Positions 1-10,165 of a stretch of DNA of 64,000 nucleotides are shown here, in pieces. The DNA is taken from IMG/VR virus record IMGVR_UViG_3300031251_000002, positions 102,451 through 166,450 of that record; one strand, 5' to 3'. Position numbers and translations under genes: made by a program. The DNA comes from a virus. How positions within the stretch are numbered: the stretch's first letter is position 1; every line of letters begins with the position of its first letter. The notes beneath the pieces are model-generated. The model was given only the letters and a program-made list of their open reading frames with translations, did no database searches and had not been told where the DNA came from.

Positions 1-1263
1 GCGGAAGACCGCCAGATTCGTGGTCAAGCAGTTAGCACTCAACAGGCGCTCGTTGAAGGTGACAAGGGAAAGACGACGGCTGTCTACTCGGCCATTGACG
101 AGATCAAGAAACCCTTCACGAAGGCAAACTGGTCATTCATCGAGGTCATGTCTGGACCGATGGATCTCGCCGGTCAGATGGCCGAGAAACTCGCTACCGG
201 CCTACAGACGGGGATCGACTTTGTTGAGAAGTTCGGCACCGCGCTGAACGATCTCATCACCCGCATGGAGGGTTGGGTTACCGAAAAGATTGGTGGCAAG
301 ACCGGTGAGGCAATCAACACCGGACTAGAGGTTCTCAAGGACAACAAGGTTGCGGCTGCTGGTCTTGGAGCTACGGCTCTCTGGAAGGTCGGCAAGGCTC
401 TTCTGAAAAAGGGAATGACGACTGCGGTAACCGCTGGAGCGGAAGGCGCTGCCGGATCCACCGGGGCCGGGGTTGGTGGGCTTGGCGTCCTTCCATTCAC
501 GGCGGCTGTCGTTGGCGGGCTGGCAGTCAATCACTCGATAAAGCAGCTTGGTAAGTCACTAGAGGAAGACTACGAGATTGAGGGTCGCGGGACTTTGCGC
601 GATGCAGAGACACGCGCAGGTGGGACGGTGGCCGAACTTCGCGCAAAACGTGCCGCAAAGTGGGGACTCACTGAACCCGCCACCGCAGTAGGAACCAATG
701 AAGAGGGCGGAGCGCTCAGCAGTCCTGCCGCTGCGCCGTACCGGGCAGCGATTGAGGCAGCGGCTCGGAAGTACGGGCTGAGTCCCGAGATTCAGGCTCG
801 GCAGCTTGAGGCTGAGTCTCATTTCGATCCGAACGCGGTTGGCTTTGATGGCAAGAGTCTTGGTCTCGCGCAGTTCCGCAACGACCGGACAGGGCGCGAC
901 AACTCCAAGAAGTACGGTCTTGTAACAGAGGCTGACTTCCGCGATCCCATCAAAAACATCGAAGCTAACGCTCACTACATGGCGGATCTGAAGAAGCGCT
1001 TTGGCGGCGATTACGCTAAGGCTCTCGTTGCCTACAACACCGGTCGAGGAGACATCAACAGCGAGTCTGGAACGAAGTATCTGGCAGCGGTTCTTGGAAA
1101 GCGCGGGTCGGCGCATGATCCGATGTTTACAGAAAGTCCGTCTCTCGTATCGGCCATTCGTCAACAGACGACCGTTATCAAGCAGCTTAACGACACACTG
1201 ACGACCAACCGGCACGATCCGAAAGCGCCCTTTAGGTCGCAGATTGCTACGGGAGCCTCCTAA
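1..1263 (+). CDS. Tape measure protein, C-terminal part with lytic transglycosylase (SLT) domain; 5'-truncated by the window edge
   Basis: The frame is open from base 1 through the 148..1263 ORF. An Ala/Gly-rich region is followed by SLT motifs (AESHFDPNAV, GLAQF, ALVAYNTG), and the gene precedes the baseplate genes. Confidence 0.85.
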   Translation, partial: AEDRQIRGQAVSTQQALVEGDKGKTTAVYSAIDEIKKPFTKANWSFIEVMSGPMDLAGQMAEKLATGLQTGIDFVEKFGTALNDLITRMEGWVTEKIGGKTGEAINTGLEVLKDNKVAAAGLGATALWKVGKALLKKGMTTAVTAGAEGAAGSTGAGVGGLGVLPFTAAVVGGLAVNHSIKQLGKSLEEDYEIEGRGTLRDAETRAGGTVAELRAKRAAKWGLTEPATAVGTNEEGGALSSPAAAPYRAAIEAAARKYGLSPEIQARQLEAESHFDPNAVGFDGKSLGLAQFRNDRTGRDNSKKYGLVTEADFRDPIKNIEANAHYMADLKKRFGGDYAKALVAYNTGRGDINSESGTKYLAAVLGKRGSAHDPMFTESPSLVSAIRQQTTVIKQLNDTLTTNRHDPKAPFRSQIATGAS

Positions 1264-1745
1264 TGGCTAGAACTGAAGCGATGCTTCGCGCCGAGCGAAA
1301 GTATCATGCGAAAAATAGATCGAAGCGTAATGCTGAAAGTCAAAAGTATATGAAAGCCCGTCCTGAGTACGCCAAGAAGAAAATGGCGGAATGGAAGGAT
1401 GCCAATCCAGACTACTTCCATGCGGTTCAACGTCAACCCAAACATCGCTATAGGCGGCTTATTCATGCCGCTAAAAATCGTAACCTGTCGTTTAGCCTAA
1501 CATTTGAGCAGTATCTTTGTTTTACTGCGCGGCCATGCACCTACTGCGGCTTCAAGTTTGAAACCGCTGGTAGTGGCTTGGACCGGATAGATAACAGCAA
1601 GGGGTACGAAAACGACAATGTAACTTCCTGCTGTAAAGAGTGTAACTGGGCGCGTGGAGCTAGTTTCACCGCCGAAGAGATGCGATCTGTTCTTGGCCCT
1701 GCCATCAAACAGGTTAAAGAAGCAAGACAGGCTGGTGCGTCATAG
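1263..1745 (+). CDS. Free-standing HNH-family (homing) endonuclease
   Basis: CTYCG...GLDRIDNSKGYENDNVTSCCKECN motif; lower GC than its neighbours; sits between two structural genes. Confidence 0.85.
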   Translation: MARTEAMLRAERKYHAKNRSKRNAESQKYMKARPEYAKKKMAEWKDANPDYFHAVQRQPKHRYRRLIHAAKNRNLSFSLTFEQYLCFTARPCTYCGFKFETAGSGLDRIDNSKGYENDNVTSCCKECNWARGASFTAEEMRSVLGPAIKQVKEARQAGAS

Positions 1746-1783
1746 CTTACTTCGACCGGCCTTTTAACAGCTTCATCTACGAC

Positions 1784-2251
1784 ATGGTAGATGGCAGCAG
1801 GATCTTCTTCCAGTTCATGCCGGAAGACATCAGTGACACGAAGCAGGCGACCTACACCGATTACCCGATCATCGGGCGGTCGATTCCATTGAAGGCATAC
1901 GAGGCTTCTCAGTCACGCATCATTACGTTGACGCTGAGTTTCTTCACCATGCCGGTCGAGGCTGAGTTTGCGCCGGATCCTTTCATCATCAAGACATGGA
2001 TGGACAAGCTCCGTTCGTTCACGTACCCCGATTACTCGCAGGGCGGGGTTAAGCCTCCGCATACGTTCATCATCAATATCGGCGGCTTCATCGCCATGGA
2101 AGCGGTGATGACGCAATACACGCTGAGTTACCCCTTCAAGGTCTGGACGCCGGGGATGATGCTTCCGTATGGCAGCACCATCAACCTGACCATGGCTGAG
2201 GTTCGGGACATTCCGCTCTCGACCGAAGAAGTAACGGCGGGGGCACAGTGA
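1784..2251 (+). CDS. Tail tube initiator / contractile-tail tube-like protein; true start may be ATA at 1742
   Basis: FQFMPEDISDTKQATY...IIGRSIPL...SRIITLTL pattern; position after the tape measure gene. Confidence 0.7.
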   Translation: MVDGSRIFFQFMPEDISDTKQATYTDYPIIGRSIPLKAYEASQSRIITLTLSFFTMPVEAEFAPDPFIIKTWMDKLRSFTYPDYSQGGVKPPHTFIINIGGFIAMEAVMTQYTLSYPFKVWTPGMMLPYGSTINLTMAEVRDIPLSTEEVTAGAQ

Positions 2252-2601
2252 TCAAGACAAGCGAACTAACGCCGGTCTCCACGAAGGATGCGAAGATCCT
2301 TCAGCGGGACTTCTCTCGCTTCCGGGCGCAGACACTTTACCGCAACACGGATGGTCGCCTGTACTACGGCACCTTCAGCGCTCCGGACTTCCCTCAGGGG
2401 GCAAAGGATGTCTACCACACGGTAGTCGAAGGGCAAGATCAGCGGCTTGATCTGATCTCGTACTACTACTACCACACGGCTGAGTTGTGGTGGGTCATTG
2501 CGCTGGCTAACAACATCCTGTCGCCGTTCGATGACATTCACATCGGTGATCTGTTGCGAGTCCCGGACTTCAGCACTGTCATTGATGTCGTGGTGGTGTA
2601 G
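2248..2601 (+). CDS. Baseplate wedge protein, gp53/LysM (tail X)-like
   Basis: RLDLISYYYYHTAELWWVIALANNI...GDLLRVP. Confidence 0.85.
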   Translation: MIKTSELTPVSTKDAKILQRDFSRFRAQTLYRNTDGRLYYGTFSAPDFPQGAKDVYHTVVEGQDQRLDLISYYYYHTAELWWVIALANNILSPFDDIHIGDLLRVPDFSTVIDVVVV

Positions 2602-3893
2602 TGGCTCTCACACCGACTGATTACGCTCCTAACCCAAACGTTCCGTTCTTCAGCTTCAATGTTGGAGGTACGGACTTTGCGGATGAGGATCGCCCGCAGC
2701 ACCTGATGAGGTTCCAGATCACCATGAACACCAACACCATGGGGATGTGGACAGCCGTGTTTCTGGACCCAGAGTACACGACTATCGAGAAGACGCTGCT
2801 CGATAACTTCGACAAACCCATCACTATTCAGTGGGGTTGGCAGCATCCTAGCTCCCTCCGCTCGCCACAATTCAAGGTTTGGATCTCTGATTTCCAGCCA
2901 CGCTTTGTGATGGGTGGATCTGAGGTAACGATCAGCGGGTTTACGTTTGAGTACGCGAAGGGGGCAACACAGGACTCTCGCGTGTACCCGGACACCGTGA
3001 CCTACGGAAGCCACAAGGACTCGATGACGATCTCCGATATCGTCAACGACATCTGCACCCGGAATGACTGGAAGGCCGACATCCTAGGAACGAAGCCGAT
3101 TCCGGCTTTCACCGCGCTAGACTCGACGGACCTTCTTGGGGCCAAGTTTGTCCAGAACGGTTCGGATTTTGACTTCATCCAGTCGGTTCTCGCTCCCGCT
3201 GCTGTCTCGGAGCAAGATCACGGGGACTACTACACCTTCTTTGATCCGTACACCAGCACGTTGTCCTTCAAACCACGCACCAAGACCGACCCGGTTCAGA
3301 CTCTGATCTTCATTCAGGACAAGATGAATGAGATTACTAACCTTCAGCCAGACATTCTGATTGGTCTGTGGGTTGGACTAGTGGCCGCAAAGACGACCGC
3401 TCACGGACAGGCCCCAGAGAAGTCTGGTGATCTGCCGTGCGGGGTGTTCGACCTTCCCCCAAACACGCAAGCCGACACAGCAACCCAGTATGACGGAAGC
3501 AAGACCGGTAGTTGTCCGGAGGACATGCAGAACAAGCTCAAGGATCCATACTCTTGCGCGGCTGAGGTGGGCTACGCCCCGGCGGCGTCCAAAGAGATGC
3601 TGGAGAACCGGCAGAAGGCGGTTTGGAATGCCGGGGTGCAGTGCGCTGGTACGCAGGTTCAGGTAACCATCGTTGGCCATCCCGGAACGGACACGATTAA
3701 GTATCTGCCGATGCAGACCGTGGATCTCAGCGTGACCTCACCGCCACCCGATAAGCTGCCGTCTTACCTGAACGGCAACTACATGATCGTTGGAGTAACG
3801 CATCTGATTGATCAGCATGGCTACAAAACACAGTTGACTCTTACTAAGAACGCTTTCGATACAGTCGGCAACCTAGAGGTTACGAACGGCTAA
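2601..3893 (+). CDS. Baseplate hub protein (late control D / gp27-like)
   Basis: Lies between the LysM and spike genes; C-terminal NGNYMIVGVTHLIDQHGYKTQLTLTK; Q-x-x-SDFDFI motif. Confidence 0.75.
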   Translation: MALTPTDYAPNPNVPFFSFNVGGTDFADEDRPQHLMRFQITMNTNTMGMWTAVFLDPEYTTIEKTLLDNFDKPITIQWGWQHPSSLRSPQFKVWISDFQPRFVMGGSEVTISGFTFEYAKGATQDSRVYPDTVTYGSHKDSMTISDIVNDICTRNDWKADILGTKPIPAFTALDSTDLLGAKFVQNGSDFDFIQSVLAPAAVSEQDHGDYYTFFDPYTSTLSFKPRTKTDPVQTLIFIQDKMNEITNLQPDILIGLWVGLVAAKTTAHGQAPEKSGDLPCGVFDLPPNTQADTATQYDGSKTGSCPEDMQNKLKDPYSCAAEVGYAPAASKEMLENRQKAVWNAGVQCAGTQVQVTIVGHPGTDTIKYLPMQTVDLSVTSPPPDKLPSYLNGNYMIVGVTHLIDQHGYKTQLTLTKNAFDTVGNLEVTNG

Positions 3894-6283
3894 TGCTGCG
3901 CGACAACGAACATCCTGATAAGTACACCCAGCAGTCGGGTGTCTGGTCAGGTATCTATCGTGGGGTTGTTGAGTACATCAACGATCCCTTGATGCAGAAC
4001 CGGATCAAGGTCCGTGTTCCAGCGATCAACAAGACGGTTGACGTAGTTTCTACGGAAGCTCTGCCGTGGGCCGTCCTCATGACTTCCTTCGGAGGCGCGG
4101 GTGGCTTTGGAATCGTCGCCGTCCCGCCGGTTGGTTCAACCGTGTTCGTTGAGTACGAGGGTGGCAACCCGGCCTACCCGGTAGTTGTGGGAACGTGGTT
4201 CGGCGTTCCGAGCATTCCGCAGCCGATGGGCCGTATCAACGAGCAGCCCAAGGGCAAGATTTCGATGTCCCCGGACGAGTCCTCACCGTGGCATACCGAG
4301 CCGGGACCAGAGATTCCCGATGATTCCCAGCGTCGAGCTAACCTAGCGCCTGAAAACTACGTGTTCAAAACGCCTAAAGGCCATACGTTGATCATGGAAG
4401 ACCGGGACGAGGCCGAATACTTTGCGATCATAGATCGGGCAGGCCAGACGCTGCTGTTTGAGAGCGAGGTTCTGGAGAGCGAGAACATTGACAACGCCGC
4501 TCGCCGTGGGCTGAAACGGGCTAGCGAGAACGACGGTTTGGACGTTCCCAGCCAGATGCTGGGATCCTCGTCCAAGATCGAGATTACGGATGCGGCAGGG
4601 AACACGGTCCGTCTGTACGCCAAGAAGGACTCCGAACGGGTAATCCTGACCTCCGTAACCGATGAAAATACCCTAATTTTCGATCTGAGGGCCGCTGACG
4701 GCACTATCGACCTTCGGGGGGACTCCACAGAGGGGGAAACCCGTATCGGGCTTGATGCGGTCACTGGCAGCGCCTTCATGCGCTCCCGGACAGGGAACGA
4801 GCTTCGGGTGGACTCCCATGGTGGCGTTTCGATCAAATCTGACACTCTGACAGTCGAGGGCGACCTGTCCGTGAGCGGGGCCGTTTCCGCTGCCGGGGGT
4901 GTTACCTCTTCGGGAGCGCAGGGTGGCTCGCCGGGTAGCTTCAACCCCATCGCTATGCCTATTCCGCCTCCGGGACCGCCTCCTCCGGGTGAAGCGGACA
5001 TCGAAGCCATCATCACGGAGCGCTATCGGTTTGAGGATACGGTCAACGAGGAGGGCTATGTCCTACCGCTCGACTACACCGTGTTCTTTCACACGCCGCA
5101 CTTCACGTTAGAAAACCCGCCGGTTGTCCTGTCACGGAATGGCGTGACACAGGCTTTCAACCACAGCGCGACGATGTTCACTGATTTCAACGGTAACCTG
5201 TTCGATACGCAGGGTGCGTCAGTCGTGGATCCCCAGACCGGACCGGGAACCGGGTTGCGGATCGAGTGGTACAACGACGATACGTTTACGCTGCTGGCGG
5301 AAATTGATCTCATCGGACCGGTTAACTACAGCTTTGCCTCTCCTCCATATCCGGTTACTGGAATCACCTCGGATGTGTGGTCCGCCCGCCTGACAGGTTT
5401 CGTGAAGCCGCAGTATCAGGAGACGTATACGATCACCGCGACGGCAGGAGCCAACGATCTGGTTCGGATCTGGATCGACGGTGTTGAGCTTGCCCTGTCC
5501 TCGGGGCCGGTGTTTGTCGGCACCTTTATTGCGCCGGATTCTGGCGTCAAGCTGCCCATCAAAGTCGAGCATCGCAACGTGAGCGGAACCGGTGCCCTTC
5601 TACTTCAGTGGCAAAGCACCAGCTTGGCGCTGGAGACAATCCCTCTCCTCCGGATGTACACAGAGGGCAGTTCGGAGACAGTCGTTCGTGACCCGGCCTT
5701 CGGCTACTCGTTTGACGGGACCGACTGCTGGGTTGGCGCATTCCCCGGTTACCACGACGTTCAGATTGGCCATCTTGTGGTTGGCGTCAGCACGGGCTAT
5801 ACCCGAGATCCGACGTACTTCCCAAACGATACGCAGATCAGCTACAACCCGATTTCAAACACCTACCTTGGTGTCGAGCGCCTGAACCATAACGACGGGA
5901 CGCAGGATCCAAACTGGACGCTGGTCCTTCGTGGTGGTGCGCTGTTCACGATCATCGCTACGAACGCGGCCTCCTTCTTCGGAGCCAACTCGGCGGCATT
6001 GGAGGTCTACGTCTCCAACGATCCAGACGGGTCATTCTGGGTGAGCTTGCCTTCGGCTGGCGCGTTGTGGAATATCTCACCGACCGACGCCTCTGTGATT
6101 AGCGAGGTGATCATTGGCTCTACGCTTGCAGCCAAGCGGTTGCAGATGACGCCGCTCGACACGCAGTATTACCTGCTTACCGACAACCAGCACATCCGGA
6201 CGACGAAGCGGATGTCAGTAGACGAGTTCTTTGATGTGACATACGCCATCAAAGTAGGAACGGCGACAGGGGTTATCTCATGA
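3893..6283 (+). CDS. Baseplate spike gp5/VgrG-like protein (OB-fold) with a PA14-domain extension
   Basis: YRGVVEYINDPLMQNRIKVRVP...PPVGSTVFVEYEGGNPAYPVVVG (gp5 OB-fold); WSARLTGFVKPQYQETYTI...DLVRIWIDG...LLLQWQS (PA14). Confidence 0.85.
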   Translation: MLRDNEHPDKYTQQSGVWSGIYRGVVEYINDPLMQNRIKVRVPAINKTVDVVSTEALPWAVLMTSFGGAGGFGIVAVPPVGSTVFVEYEGGNPAYPVVVGTWFGVPSIPQPMGRINEQPKGKISMSPDESSPWHTEPGPEIPDDSQRRANLAPENYVFKTPKGHTLIMEDRDEAEYFAIIDRAGQTLLFESEVLESENIDNAARRGLKRASENDGLDVPSQMLGSSSKIEITDAAGNTVRLYAKKDSERVILTSVTDENTLIFDLRAADGTIDLRGDSTEGETRIGLDAVTGSAFMRSRTGNELRVDSHGGVSIKSDTLTVEGDLSVSGAVSAAGGVTSSGAQGGSPGSFNPIAMPIPPPGPPPPGEADIEAIITERYRFEDTVNEEGYVLPLDYTVFFHTPHFTLENPPVVLSRNGVTQAFNHSATMFTDFNGNLFDTQGASVVDPQTGPGTGLRIEWYNDDTFTLLAEIDLIGPVNYSFASPPYPVTGITSDVWSARLTGFVKPQYQETYTITATAGANDLVRIWIDGVELALSSGPVFVGTFIAPDSGVKLPIKVEHRNVSGTGALLLQWQSTSLALETIPLLRMYTEGSSETVVRDPAFGYSFDGTDCWVGAFPGYHDVQIGHLVVGVSTGYTRDPTYFPNDTQISYNPISNTYLGVERLNHNDGTQDPNWTLVLRGGALFTIIATNAASFFGANSAALEVYVSNDPDGSFWVSLPSAGALWNISPTDASVISEVIIGSTLAAKRLQMTPLDTQYYLLTDNQHIRTTKRMSVDEFFDVTYAIKVGTATGVIS

Positions 6284-7578
6284 GTAACGCGATTTTTGGC
6301 GAGCGGGCAGACCAGCACCGGCTCTACCCCCACGGCGGGGTGGTCAGCGTTGGCGCAGCCAGCTTTTTCGGTGTCGCCCCGTACTTTGGAGATACCGCGC
6401 CTCCGAACCCGTTTGAGGGAATGCTGTGGATCGACTCAGCCGCTCGGGCGTCCTCCCCGGTTGATGGGGATCCACCGTACGAGTTGTTCCGTTGGAATTC
6501 TGTGCGAGCAGCGTGGGAGCTTGTTGGCTACATTCCCTTCGCCGGTCTTGGTGCAGGCCACTCAACCGGTCTTGTGCCCGATCCCGGAGACGGCACTGGT
6601 GGTGCCCTCGCAACCGACTACCTCGCTAGAGATGCGACATGGAAGCCCATTCCCGGTGGAGGCGGCGGGGGCAGCAACGAGCCACTGGTGTTCGGCACGT
6701 TCACCAACACGGCGACGGTCTCCGTGGCGAGTACCTCCTACCCGGCTGTTCCGGGAGACGATCACACATCTAACTACTTCGGCACTTTGGTGAAGATGGC
6801 GTCAAGCGGATCAAATGTCACCTTCATGTCCAATTTGGACGGTGCGTCCATCGGCCATTTGGCTGACGGTGATTTCGTCGTGATTGCAACTGGACCTTAT
6901 GCCGGTTGCATCCTTCCGAAAGAGACTGGCTGGTACTACATCACCGGACACTTACGGTGGGCCAACCAATCGGATTCCAGCTATCGAATGACTGGCATCG
7001 GTTGGACCAGTGAAGCAACCTATCAGCCCATCGGTCTTGCTGGTGGCGTGGGTGTTTTCAGTGTTGTTGTCACAGCCGCTGGCACGGGTTATACAGACGG
7101 TGACGCGCTTTCATTCTCTGGCGGTGGTGGTTCTAGTCTTTCAGCCACCATCATCACAGACGGAGCGGGGCACATTGTCGGCATCAAGGTTACCGACATT
7201 GGTACTGGGTATACGTCTATCCCCACGATTGCCCCGGTCGGTGGTGGAACTGGCGGAGCGCTGCACGGTGTCATTCCAGTTGCGCTGTCCTCTCTGTCAA
7301 TCCTGATCAACGAAGACTTACGCCCTGCGGTTAACGGAACACCGACACAGGGGACTACCAACCGCCTCTGGTATCTGCCGGGTTACAACGATAACTCCGG
7401 TGCTGGCGGGACTCCGATTTGGCTTGTGGCCGCGCAGGGTTCCGGAGGATCCATTACCGTTCCAGCGCCACGCGGAGCCGGTGCATTGCCGTTGAATGAT
7501 TACTATGGGGCCTTGTCGTTGTTCAAGATCAACGTTGATCCTATTGGACCGCCGTGGGTTCCGGGACTTCCTGAATGA
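6280..7578 (+). CDS. Gly-rich tail or baseplate accessory protein
   Basis: VTAAGTGYT / VTDIGTGYTSIPTI motifs typical of virion structural proteins; coupled to both neighbours by ATGA overlaps. Confidence 0.6.
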   Translation: MSNAIFGERADQHRLYPHGGVVSVGAASFFGVAPYFGDTAPPNPFEGMLWIDSAARASSPVDGDPPYELFRWNSVRAAWELVGYIPFAGLGAGHSTGLVPDPGDGTGGALATDYLARDATWKPIPGGGGGGSNEPLVFGTFTNTATVSVASTSYPAVPGDDHTSNYFGTLVKMASSGSNVTFMSNLDGASIGHLADGDFVVIATGPYAGCILPKETGWYYITGHLRWANQSDSSYRMTGIGWTSEATYQPIGLAGGVGVFSVVVTAAGTGYTDGDALSFSGGGGSSLSATIITDGAGHIVGIKVTDIGTGYTSIPTIAPVGGGTGGALHGVIPVALSSLSILINEDLRPAVNGTPTQGTTNRLWYLPGYNDNSGAGGTPIWLVAAQGSGGSITVPAPRGAGALPLNDYYGALSLFKINVDPIGPPWVPGLPE

Positions 7579-9797
7579 GTTTACAGAGCAAGATCGACCG
7601 ACAGCTTTCCGAGGCTGGAAAGAATGTTCCCCAGATCGTTATCAACAACGAGTCGGGTTCCGTCAACCTGCCTGTCAACGTCTCAGCCACGTTCAGGAAT
7701 TGCTCCATCACCAGCTTGACGACAGCGGGCAACAGCCGAGTAAACGTCGAGGGCGGGACGGTCCAGAGCATGGATCTGACCGGTACAGCCATCATCGTTC
7801 GGAACTGCCCAATCAGTGGGACGGTCACGGCGACGGACAGCAAGCTGGAGTTCGATGCGGTTACCTGCTCTGGGGCTGTTACTTTGACTAGCACCGCGTT
7901 CGTTAGCAAGAAGTCTACGTACAGCCAACCGTTCACGGCTTCGGCTAAGTCCGTCATTCGTTCCGTTGTGGATACCTTCTCTGGAAGCTCGTTGTTGACC
8001 GCGCAGGACAGCGGCACAGCCGCAGTTTTCATCAATGCGACCATCACTACCTCGACCTTGCTCACCCTCACCGCCGGGGCCAAGGCTGAGATTGATGGCG
8101 GCACGGTCCAGTCAACGGACATGGGAACAGCCGATGCGTCAACTGTCGAGATTCGCAACTGTACATCCTTTCAGGTTACCAGCCTCCTTACGGCCTCTAC
8201 TGGCAGCAAGGTAATCCTTAGGAAGATGACACTCGTTCAGGCTACGTCCGGGTTCACGCTGTCCAGCAACACGTACCTTGAAATCTTGGATGTTCAGACT
8301 GTCCAGACTTCAACAACGATGTTCACAATGGACAACAGCCGTCTGGAGCTAGTTCGCTTCATTACACTGACCAGCGGGACTGACTACCTTCAGGCGACAA
8401 ACAACAGTGCGATCCGCATAGCCAACGGAACGACGATGCGCCCCGGAACGGCATTGGGTAAGTTGACGGATACGAAGGTGCTGATCGACAAGATCGCTAC
8501 TGTGATCACGGATAAGCTTTTCGACGCTACACGGTCTGCCGTGAACTTTACGGATGTCACGACACTGGTTGGCCGTCAGGACAACGCTTTTATACTGGTC
8601 AACTCGGCGCTGACCCTGACCGGCTGCACGACAGTCGGCGGTAAGGCTGATGCCTTTGTCAACCTATCAGACATCTCCAGCCTCATCGTGAAGGACTGTA
8701 ACCGCTTTCAGTCCGATTCGGGCCGCTTGATTATCGGCAGTGGGCAGGGCGAGGTTCACATCAGCGGCTGCGCGAACATCTTTAGTGATAGTTCGATCAT
8801 TGATACAAGCGGCGTCTTCACAGTCACCATCTCGGGCTGTGGAATCCTCGTTGCGTCAAACAATGAAGCCATCAAGATGAGTTCCAACGGCGGCTCGACA
8901 CTGAACGTGGCCGCAACGCAGCAGATTCACGCCAATCAGGACACGGCAATCAAGGTTACTGGCGTGGACACCTTCCTGACGGCCCTCCCGGACGTAGGCA
9001 ACGGCTCAGGAAGCCGGTACACCATCTACGGGCTTGACGGCGGCACTGGGAAGCAGCAGATCGTGATGTCCAAAGTCATCGTGACCAACGGTGGCATTTC
9101 GTTGGGCCAGTACCACGCGGACATCAAGTTCACGACGTTCCCGAAATTCCACCTCTTCAACTGTGACGCGATCTTCATCCGATGCACCCAACAGGGGTCT
9201 CAGGCGCTCGATGACGCGGACATCGTTCAGAGTACGGCACAGATCAAGTTCGGATCATGGGACACCGCGATCTATGTCAACGAGTCGATCCTTGAGTGCC
9301 AGCGTTCGACTCACGGGGCCGAGATCAAGCCGATTGACTCGATTCTAAGATTGGAGTGCATTGACTCCACTTCTGGAGTCATCAGCCAGTCCGGGGGCGC
9401 TCGCGGTAGCTTCATCGAAGCGCGTGGGTTTGACATCACGACGGTTACCTCGTCTGACTCCAAGAAGGATACCTTCTTCTTGGCCAATGTCGGCACTCCG
9501 ACATACAGCGGTCGTGGTTCCCTCTTGGTCATGGAGTCCGGTGAACCGGACGAAGGCGAGATGGATTACATCATGATCAAGGACAACAACCTTCGCATTT
9601 TCGACTACCGAAACTGCTACATGGATGTTACGAACGACCATCACCGCTACTCTCCTGACAACATTCAGGATGACGCTGACAACAACATCTATATAACCGC
9701 GCAGATCAACCTCGATCTCGACGGTGTTCAACAGGCGCTCCTTGAATCGACCGCTGAGGTGGTCATTCAGGCTCCAGTTATCAACGAGCAGTCATGA
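7575..9797 (+). CDS. Large beta-helix virion protein (tailspike or spike-like)
   Basis: 740 aa, rich in Ser/Thr/Ile/Val with regular short beta-strand periodicity; directly upstream of the PAAR gene. Confidence 0.6.
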   Translation: MSLQSKIDRQLSEAGKNVPQIVINNESGSVNLPVNVSATFRNCSITSLTTAGNSRVNVEGGTVQSMDLTGTAIIVRNCPISGTVTATDSKLEFDAVTCSGAVTLTSTAFVSKKSTYSQPFTASAKSVIRSVVDTFSGSSLLTAQDSGTAAVFINATITTSTLLTLTAGAKAEIDGGTVQSTDMGTADASTVEIRNCTSFQVTSLLTASTGSKVILRKMTLVQATSGFTLSSNTYLEILDVQTVQTSTTMFTMDNSRLELVRFITLTSGTDYLQATNNSAIRIANGTTMRPGTALGKLTDTKVLIDKIATVITDKLFDATRSAVNFTDVTTLVGRQDNAFILVNSALTLTGCTTVGGKADAFVNLSDISSLIVKDCNRFQSDSGRLIIGSGQGEVHISGCANIFSDSSIIDTSGVFTVTISGCGILVASNNEAIKMSSNGGSTLNVAATQQIHANQDTAIKVTGVDTFLTALPDVGNGSGSRYTIYGLDGGTGKQQIVMSKVIVTNGGISLGQYHADIKFTTFPKFHLFNCDAIFIRCTQQGSQALDDADIVQSTAQIKFGSWDTAIYVNESILECQRSTHGAEIKPIDSILRLECIDSTSGVISQSGGARGSFIEARGFDITTVTSSDSKKDTFFLANVGTPTYSGRGSLLVMESGEPDEGEMDYIMIKDNNLRIFDYRNCYMDVTNDHHRYSPDNIQDDADNNIYITAQINLDLDGVQQALLESTAEVVIQAPVINEQS

Positions 9798-10165
9798 GCG
9801 ACTTTCACGTAAAGCCCGAACCGACACCGACCATCGACTCGGGGAGCTTGCTGCCTGTCGTACGGCTTGGGGATACCTCCGACCACGGGGGCGCGGTCAC
9901 CAGCAGTTCTACCATTACAAAGGTCGAGGGGATCTTTCAGGCGCGGCTGAACGACGAGTTCACCTGTGGGATCTCGGCACACAACATTCCCACGCTCCCG
10001 ACGCTGATTGGCTTCATGAGCGTGGCCGTTGACGAGGGGATGGACGTAGCCAAGGAGGGAGACATGACTTCCTGTGGCGCAACGTTGATCTCGTCTCAGA
10101 CAGTGGTTTTCACTGAAGCCGGATTCGTCCGCTTCATCAGCCCGAGCAATGGGGCCGCGTTCTAA
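9794..10165 (+). CDS. PAAR-type spike tip protein
   Basis: VVRLGDTSDHGGAV...QARLNDEFTC...VAKEGDMTSCGATLI. Confidence 0.85.
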   Translation: MSDFHVKPEPTPTIDSGSLLPVVRLGDTSDHGGAVTSSSTITKVEGIFQARLNDEFTCGISAHNIPTLPTLIGFMSVAVDEGMDVAKEGDMTSCGATLISSQTVVFTEAGFVRFISPSNGAAF

